Positions 58,032 through 64,000 of a DNA stretch of 64,000 nucleotides are shown piece by piece. The DNA lies in the sequence record NC_049383.1, one strand, 5' to 3'. Each line of letters starts with the position of its first letter. Positions within the stretch are counted from its first letter, which is position 1. The translations under genes and the position numbers were made by a program. The notes beneath the pieces are model-generated. The model saw only the letters and a list, made by a program, of their open reading frames with translations, had not been told where the DNA came from and did no database searches.

Positions 58032-58340
58032 ATGAAAAACACCGCAGTTTGCAAAATTAAGAAAAGGAAATTCTATGATGAAATATTTATAGAGTTAGGA
58101 GAAACGAAGGTTTTTGTGTCGAAAAGGTTATTTAAAAGCCCCGAAAAACACTTAGAAACTTTTAAGAAAAACATCAAAGACGTTAATTTCATTCACATTG
58201 ATAATGATGTGAATAATAACGGAACTGATAAATGGTACTTTATCGTTTATGATTCGAATGATGTTATTTTCGGTATGTCTAAATTTTATAAATCTAGGTC
58301 GGAAGTAGAAGAAGTCCTTAGATTAATTGGTACAAAGTAA
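58032..58340 (+). CDS. Hypothetical protein
   Basis: ATG 58032 preferred. Confidence 0.55.
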   Translation: MKNTAVCKIKKRKFYDEIFIELGETKVFVSKRLFKSPEKHLETFKKNIKDVNFIHIDNDVNNNGTDKWYFIVYDSNDVIFGMSKFYKSRSEVEEVLRLIGTK

Positions 58341-58430
58341 TGTTAAACCACAAAAATTTTAAAAATTTTTGTGGTTTTTCTTTTTTATATTGAAAATAAC
58401 CTTTATATTTGTGTATATAAATTTAACAAT

Positions 58431-58742
58431 ATGAAAACTTTTACAGAATTATACAACAAAGCAATAGAAAAAGGTTTACCAATAGACACCTATACTGAAT
58501 ACTTTTCTAAGTTATTTGATGGAGAAGAGTTGGAAATAAAAAGAACTGTTTTGATTATAGAATGTGAAGAAGATATTAATTATATATGGAATAGAGACGT
58601 TTATAACGGTGATATGGATTTTAGAATCGATGATAATTTTGATGATTTGATATTTTTCGATGGTCGTTATAATAGAAAAAATGGTGCTAAACAATGCACT
58701 TATAAAAAAGAACAAAAAGCATTAAGAATTTTAGGATTATAA
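58431..58742 (+). CDS. Hypothetical protein
   Basis: ATG 58431 after TATATTTG. Confidence 0.6.
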   Translation: MKTFTELYNKAIEKGLPIDTYTEYFSKLFDGEELEIKRTVLIIECEEDINYIWNRDVYNGDMDFRIDDNFDDLIFFDGRYNRKNGAKQCTYKKEQKALRILGL

Positions 58743-58745
58743 ATT

Positions 58746-58985
58746 ATGAAATATAGAGATTTTTTCAAAGCAATTCCTTTTACAGCACTTTATGTTGTCT
58801 CTGTTATTATGGGTATTTCAGGATTACAATACTTGTTTGACTTAGTAATACAACCGAAAGCAAAGTTTTTGCTTTATGAAGGTGTTATAAACGACTCTGA
58901 TATTTTAATCGGAGCAATTATATTAACTTTAGTGATGGCTTTTTATAAGGCTATTTACGACAAAATGGATAAACCAAATGACTAG
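58746..58985 (+). CDS. Two-TM small membrane protein
   Basis: Two hydrophobic helices. Confidence 0.55.
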   Translation: MKYRDFFKAIPFTALYVVSVIMGISGLQYLFDLVIQPKAKFLLYEGVINDSDILIGAIILTLVMAFYKAIYDKMDKPND

Positions 58986-59871
58986 AGACGAAGCATTAGA
59001 CCATATTGGTCAAATATCTATTGATATTTATGAAACAGGAACACAGAAATTAACACTACTTAAAGTGCATAAGCAATGTTATATTATCAACAATACTGGT
59101 AGAAAATTTGCTGATTATGCGCGTTATTGTGATGTTGATAGTAGAGGTGATTTAGAAGGTGTTTTAGATTACTTGGATGTTAAACATAACTTTTTTGTTA
59201 AAAGAGCTATTAGAAAGATATTCAAAAGGGTTGAATACTCAATTAATGAACTCCCAACTAGTAAAGTTATTGAAATACTTTTACTGAATGGTTTCGTAGT
59301 TGAAGCTTATGCGTTAACAATATACTATGGATTGGAATTAAAGACTATTAATATTTCCCAACCACAAATACACATTCCCGAAGCATTAAGAAAATTACAC
59401 AAAGATAATCATTATATGATGTATGATTTAATTAGTGATAAATCAATAATTCAACATATTATTTATAATGTTGAATCTTTTGAAGAATTTGAATTTATTG
59501 ATTCACATATTAGATTGAGAGAATTTGATATCAAAGATGTTTACACAAAACGTTCAAGAAATGATTTTGCTGAGAAAATCATACCAATGTATAAATTCAG
59601 ATTCGATTTTAACTCGATGTTAAAGAAATATTCAATTGGTGACGAATTATTACTCAAATATTGTCTGTCAAATTCAACGTATGAAGAAGTGAACAGACTT
59701 TTTAAGGAAGTATTTAAAAAAGAAGGTGTGAATGGATTAAATCATCTTTTAAATGTCACAGAATCGCTTGAAATGGGTCAAATGTATAAAGATGAATTGG
59801 GCGAAGAGTTATTATCAGAATTTCCAAATGAATTAAAATTTTTAAAAATATTTACAAATGAAACAAAATAA
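58978..59871 (+). CDS. Hypothetical protein
   Basis: Overlapping operon ORF. Confidence 0.55.
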   Translation: MTRDEALDHIGQISIDIYETGTQKLTLLKVHKQCYIINNTGRKFADYARYCDVDSRGDLEGVLDYLDVKHNFFVKRAIRKIFKRVEYSINELPTSKVIEILLLNGFVVEAYALTIYYGLELKTINISQPQIHIPEALRKLHKDNHYMMYDLISDKSIIQHIIYNVESFEEFEFIDSHIRLREFDIKDVYTKRSRNDFAEKIIPMYKFRFDFNSMLKKYSIGDELLLKYCLSNSTYEEVNRLFKEVFKKEGVNGLNHLLNVTESLEMGQMYKDELGEELLSEFPNELKFLKIFTNETK

Positions 59872-60442
59872 ATTAGAAAAAATAGCGATTGACGGTCAAG
59901 AATATCAAATTGATGATAAAATAGAAGGTTTAAATATCGGTAATGTTATCGACTTGTCAAAGTTTGATAAGTTCATGGTATTCAAAGATTCTAATACTTT
60001 AATCTGTAAAAATTCACTAAAACCAAATGATTCATTTATTTGTTTAACATTCCCTAATGGGTTTAGTTATAAATTCTTAGGAAAGGTTGCTAGAGAATAT
60101 ATCGAAAAAAATTCAGAAAAAACATACGCTCTAAAAGGTGTTGTTAAACATAAAAGTACACTTAACACACAAATGAAACGTTACAGTTTACTACATTATT
60201 CTAACAGTTTCGGGTATTTTCACTCTGAAAGAATTTTGACTTTATTGGATGAGCGTAAGTTCTTATCACATATTGATAAAGAGTTAAACCCAAATCCTTT
60301 TAGATTGGTTAAGAAGTTTAAAGACAAATATTTAGTAGAGCAACATATTTTTTATAGTATTCAAGGTGCTTTACATATGTTAGAAATGGCTAAAATGATT
60401 GGTGAAAAAGTTAAAAAAGATACAGAAAATGGAAAAAATTAA
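59858..60442 (+). CDS. Hypothetical protein
   Basis: Overlapping operon ORF. Confidence 0.55.
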   Translation: MKQNKLEKIAIDGQEYQIDDKIEGLNIGNVIDLSKFDKFMVFKDSNTLICKNSLKPNDSFICLTFPNGFSYKFLGKVAREYIEKNSEKTYALKGVVKHKSTLNTQMKRYSLLHYSNSFGYFHSERILTLLDERKFLSHIDKELNPNPFRLVKKFKDKYLVEQHIFYSIQGALHMLEMAKMIGEKVKKDTENGKN

Positions 60443-61412
60443 ATTCAACTCAAATAACCTTACATTAGAAGCATTCTTAACTAAGGACGAAATTGGCAAA
60501 GGCGAATATAACATATTCGTAACATTAAAAAACCAAAAAGGGTTTTACTTATATCTTTCAAAAGAGACTTTAAAAACAACATCTAATAGAATAATTGATA
60601 AGATTGAATCTGATATGAAACAAAAAATTTCAGAATTATCATTTGGTGCATTTGTACCACCTGTAAATATTAGAGGTTATTTAGATAGTTATGATGCTGT
60701 TCTAGTTAATCGTGTGGGTGGATATTTCGGTATTCATGAAGAGTCTGAAAAAGATACAACATTTGATTATATTGATGAAATTTATGTTTTTGAAGATTTT
60801 CCACATGGTTTGAATATACCATTCATTTGTACTAATGTATTTGAAATTAATAAAAACTTCAAACTTGCAAAGCGTTTCTCACAAGGATATTTAACAGATT
60901 CTAAAAATCCAAATAAATTTAAGTTCTTGGATAAACTAGAAAAATATCCTGAAAACTTATTAGTTTCATATTATGTGAAATTCTATAAGATTTCTTATGC
61001 AGGTGGGAAAAACAAAACAAAATTCACATTCACAGATAATGTAATGGTTGAACAAGATAATCCTGAAAAAGATATTAAGAAGTTTATTTCTAAAAAGTAT
61101 AATGATGTTATCGTAAGAAACATTCAAATCAAATTATCTAAAGTTTCAATTTATCACTATGATGTAACTTTTGAAACATACCCGAAATTAACAGCAAATA
61201 CTTATTGTTTGACTGATTTTAAAGGAAGACCAATTGCATCTGTTATTGATGTTAAAGGTGATTCAGTTTTAATAAACTTAATCGGTAGTGATAAAATCAC
61301 TCGAAAAAAGATTAAAACTAATGATGGTATAATGTACATAAATGTCGATTCAAATAACAGATATAGGTTAATAGTAGGCAACGGTTTAACACAATTTGAA
61401 AGATTTGAGTAA
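60429..61412 (+). CDS. Hypothetical protein
   Basis: ATG 60429 preferred. Confidence 0.55.
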   Translation: MEKIKFNSNNLTLEAFLTKDEIGKGEYNIFVTLKNQKGFYLYLSKETLKTTSNRIIDKIESDMKQKISELSFGAFVPPVNIRGYLDSYDAVLVNRVGGYFGIHEESEKDTTFDYIDEIYVFEDFPHGLNIPFICTNVFEINKNFKLAKRFSQGYLTDSKNPNKFKFLDKLEKYPENLLVSYYVKFYKISYAGGKNKTKFTFTDNVMVEQDNPEKDIKKFISKKYNDVIVRNIQIKLSKVSIYHYDVTFETYPKLTANTYCLTDFKGRPIASVIDVKGDSVLINLIGSDKITRKKIKTNDGIMYINVDSNNRYRLIVGNGLTQFERFE

Positions 61413-61413
61413 T

Positions 61414-61782
61414 ATGGTATTATTTACAGAAACACACCAAAGTTATTATGTTTTCACAAAAGAAGGTGGAATACAAAAGTGGAATGAAATTCAAGAGCAA
61501 GACTTTAGTGAAGACCTAGTTGTTGATTACCACAAAGTTAGTGATGAACCTGTTGAAATACCACCCTATAATTGGTATGTTCGTCTAGGTGATGAATCTA
61601 ATGTACTTTACAGAAATAATAGTGATAGGACTTTAGAAAAGCAATCTGATGTTAGGTTGGTATTGGAATCGTCCGTACCGTTATTGATAAGTTCTGATGA
61701 GTCTGATATTTATCAAGATATATTCAATTTTGATTATTTTAGTGATGAGCATTTACCCGAATTAGAATTTGTAGTAAAATAG
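61414..61782 (+). CDS. Hypothetical protein
   Basis: ATG 61414 preferred; TAG stop. Confidence 0.55.
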   Translation: MVLFTETHQSYYVFTKEGGIQKWNEIQEQDFSEDLVVDYHKVSDEPVEIPPYNWYVRLGDESNVLYRNNSDRTLEKQSDVRLVLESSVPLLISSDESDIYQDIFNFDYFSDEHLPELEFVVK

Positions 61783-61846
61783 TAAAAAAGTTTGTATTAG
61801 ACGAATTTTTAAATTAAATTTGTAAAAATTTTAAAACAATTATTAT

Positions 61847-62119
61847 ATGAAGAAAATTAAAAACGTAGTTTTAGGAAGTTTATTATTATTTGCTGTAGCA
61901 TTAGGTATGCAATCTTGTACAGATGCATCTAGAGCTTCTTTAGGTAGTTATGGTAGCGAATTTGAAATAACAATGTATTCAGGTGGAAACGTTGTTGGTA
62001 AATGGACTAGTACAGGTCGTGTATCTACTGAGGAATCAAGCGATGGTTACAAATTCAAAGACAAAGAAACTGGTAAGTTTGTTCGTGTAACTGGTGATTT
62101 AACCATAATCGAAAAGTAA
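61847..62119 (+). CDS. Lipoprotein
   Basis: MKKIK + hydrophobic stretch + lipobox-like MQS-C. Confidence 0.7.
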   Translation: MKKIKNVVLGSLLLFAVALGMQSCTDASRASLGSYGSEFEITMYSGGNVVGKWTSTGRVSTEESSDGYKFKDKETGKFVRVTGDLTIIEK

Positions 62120-62120
62120 A

Positions 62121-62666
62121 TTGTTAAAAAAGTTAGCACTTACTATAAAATACAATACCCCCGAAAGTAAATCAATCGGGGGTTTCTTTGTAGAAAGAAA
62201 AGAACATATAGATATTGTCGCTGATGCTATTGAATCGGTTGATAAGTTTGAATATGATTATCTTTTAAAAGACCAAATACAAGTTTTTGACCCTAAAACA
62301 GAAATGCCAAGGAATCATAAATTTGATTTAAGCGAAGACCAAATGAGAGAAGTTGTTAAATACTGCTTTGAAAGAGGTGTTTTCGTTTTGCCACTATTTC
62401 ATAATAACTCTTTTCAATATTATGAAAATGGATGTATTACAGTTCAGGATTTCATTGATAGACATTGCGTAGAATGTTATAAATACTTAGTTTATGAGTT
62501 TGATAAGAAATTCTTTAATATCGATATAGGAGAAGGTAAATTATTTGGTGATACTAATGATAGTAGTAATTGGGAAACATTTAGTATTAAATTACCTATT
62601 GGTGATTATTCATTACATGGCGTTACACACATAAGTAACACCACTATAGTAATCTTAAAAACATAG
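62121..62666 (+). CDS. Hypothetical protein
   Basis: TTG start, TAG stop. Confidence 0.5.
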   Translation: MLKKLALTIKYNTPESKSIGGFFVERKEHIDIVADAIESVDKFEYDYLLKDQIQVFDPKTEMPRNHKFDLSEDQMREVVKYCFERGVFVLPLFHNNSFQYYENGCITVQDFIDRHCVECYKYLVYEFDKKFFNIDIGEGKLFGDTNDSSNWETFSIKLPIGDYSLHGVTHISNTTIVILKT

Positions 62667-62667
62667 T

Positions 62668-63264
62668 ATGAGTACAATTATAGCAGTAAAACAAGACGGT
62701 AAAATTTATATGGGTTGTGATACACAAGCTTCGGGAAAAGCTAGAATGTCTCAAAACAGAAAGGACAAAAAGATGTTCATTAAAAAGAACGGTAACGGTA
62801 TTAATTTTGGTATCGGTGCTTGTGGTTCTTTTAGATTCATGAACATTCTACAATATGGTTTCTCAATCCCATCATTCCATAGTTCTGAATATTCTAGTGA
62901 CGACCCTAAAATGGAATACATGGTAAACACTTTCGTTGAAAAACTAAAGTTGTTCTTCAAAGAAAGAGGTGTTCATGTTGATGCAAGGGATAAACAATTA
63001 GACCAAGGCGGTTATTTATTAGTTGCCTTTAGTGGTAGATTATTCCATATCATGGATGATTACCAAGTGGCTGAATATCATGATGATTTCCTAGCAATCG
63101 GTTCAGGTGGTGATATCGCAAAGGCATCATTAATTACGAGCGAAGAGTTTAAAAATACAAACAATGAAGTTGGTGTTGAAAAAAGAATTTCATTAGCTTT
63201 GGAATGTGCGTCTAAGATTGATTTATTCACCAGTCCACCATTTATTTATCAGACTGTTACATAA
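62668..63264 (+). CDS. HslV/proteasome-beta-like Ntn protease
   Basis: M-S-T-IIAV N terminus, D..A..K, G..G, AIGSGG, ALECA..D..T..P. Confidence 0.8.
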   Translation: MSTIIAVKQDGKIYMGCDTQASGKARMSQNRKDKKMFIKKNGNGINFGIGACGSFRFMNILQYGFSIPSFHSSEYSSDDPKMEYMVNTFVEKLKLFFKERGVHVDARDKQLDQGGYLLVAFSGRLFHIMDDYQVAEYHDDFLAIGSGGDIAKASLITSEEFKNTNNEVGVEKRISLALECASKIDLFTSPPFIYQTVT

Positions 63265-63306
63265 TAGGTTTGGTAAAGCCTCTTCCACAAGGAACGTAAC
63301 CAAACG

Positions 63307-63340
63307 AAAAACCCAACTTTTTAAGTTGGGTTTTATTTTT
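63307..63340. terminator. Bidirectional terminator
   Basis: aaaaacccaactt-tt-taagttgggtttt between convergent genes. Confidence 0.8.
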
Positions 63341-63665
63341 AGTTTAAATCAACAGTATCAAAACCGTTATTGTGTGAGAATTTATGATTATCAAATTTTC
63401 TTATTAAGTAGCCTGAATAAACCTCATCATTTAATACAGCTTCTTCGATATCTTCTCTTAAAGCCTCTCCAAAATCTGATGAATCTCCCATTAGATGAAA
63501 CTTCTTGTTTGGTATATCATACTCAAACCACCCACCACTAATGATTTTATCTCTATCTGTTTGTGGAACTAATTCTTTGTGGAAAGTACATTTTCCGATT
63601 ACTAACTTCTTAACACCATCTTCTACTAAGATGATAAATTTTGGATAAACTTGTTTTTCATACAT
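63339..63665 (-). CDS. Hypothetical phage protein
   Basis: FHKEL...ISGGWF...L.G.S.DFG pattern. Confidence 0.6.
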   Translation of the reverse strand: MYEKQVYPKFIILVEDGVKKLVIGKCTFHKELVPQTDRDKIISGGWFEYDIPNKKFHLMGDSSDFGEALREDIEEAVLNDEVYSGYLIRKFDNHKFSHNNGFDTVDLN

Positions 63666-63667
63666 AA

Positions 63668-63949
63668 TTATCTGAATTTTTTAATTAATAAATTTCTTTT
63701 ACGTCTATTCCTTGGTAATTGCATAACATCACCGATTAATATCAAAGTATCACCATGTTTAGGACATCTATACGATGAATTATGTGTCTTTGATTGACTA
63801 TCAGTAATTCGATAAGCTCTAGATGAGTAATTACAATTCCTTACACCACAACACATTGTGAATTTCTTATTTAAAGCTCTTCTAGATGTATTTGAGTGAC
63901 TACCCCATGTTTGTCTGAATTTTGGGTCTTTTAAACTTTTAATTTTCAT
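63668..63949 (-). CDS. Hypothetical protein with Cys/His Zn-ribbon-like motifs
   Basis: CC...NC...CPKHG; promoter-like TATATTTA at about 63965-63972 on minus strand. Confidence 0.55.
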   Translation of the reverse strand: MKIKSLKDPKFRQTWGSHSNTSRRALNKKFTMCCGVRNCNYSSRAYRITDSQSKTHNSSYRCPKHGDTLILIGDVMQLPRNRRKRNLLIKKFR

Positions 63950-64000
63950 AATGTTATTAAATTTTGTGTAAATATAAACAAAAAATCAACATACAAGCTG

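Noticed and set aside
2387-63541. Numerous short antisense or alternate-frame ORFs in the track (e.g. 2387-2644, 10135-10344, 12001-12318, 20180-20491, 36707-37042, 49945-50265, 63206-63541)
   Set aside because: Fully overlap stronger genes, lack leaders/promoters and have shadow-ORF composition
1-64000. Genome-wide TAG reassignment (genetic code 15) suggested by the CUA tRNA
   Set aside because: Standard-code ORFs are full length and tightly packed. At least nine genes end in TAG, and where I checked, readthrough adds only short tails, so suppression must be selective.
1-64000. CRISPR array, rRNA, integrase, transposase or intron
   Set aside because: No regularly spaced repeat-spacer array or such motifs seen; nrdA, topoisomerase and ligase frames look uninterrupted

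Overview
Window from a very AT-rich, gene-dense, large (probably jumbo) tailed dsDNA phage. The host is most likely Bacteroidota/Flavobacteriaceae: dozens of TTG-N19-20-TAnnTTTG host-type promoters, no Shine-Dalgarno leaders, a DUF4494-like gene and a Flavobacteria-type NrdA. Recognisable genes: NrdA, DHFR, thioredoxin, two separated topoisomerase II subunits, a sigma70-type factor, PNK/3'-phosphatase, RNA ligase 1, a nucleotidyltransferase, a Mesh1/SpoT-like HD hydrolase, a lysozyme-fold protein, a BCS1-like AAA ATPase, an HslV-like protease, and a minus-strand baseplate block (26.4-33.1 kb). About 60 ORFs are unassigned. The most striking signal is in translation. An amber-suppressor tRNA (anticodon CUA, 20850-20923) lies about 2.5 kb from a Pth2-like/HD fusion gene whose only plausible start is ATG-AAA-TAG (23413), so the full protein needs UAG readthrough, although the genome otherwise uses TAG as an ordinary stop. 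The same 1 kb RNA cluster holds two near-identical tRNA-like RNAs with an 8-bp anticodon stem, three more aberrant tRNA-like RNAs and several non-tRNA structured segments. Also notable are two about 92% identical 150-bp non-coding palindromic elements (origin-like), a set of putative protease-matured head proteins, and a possible stand-alone T9SS C-terminal-domain mimic. All assignments come from reading motifs by eye; no searches were run.
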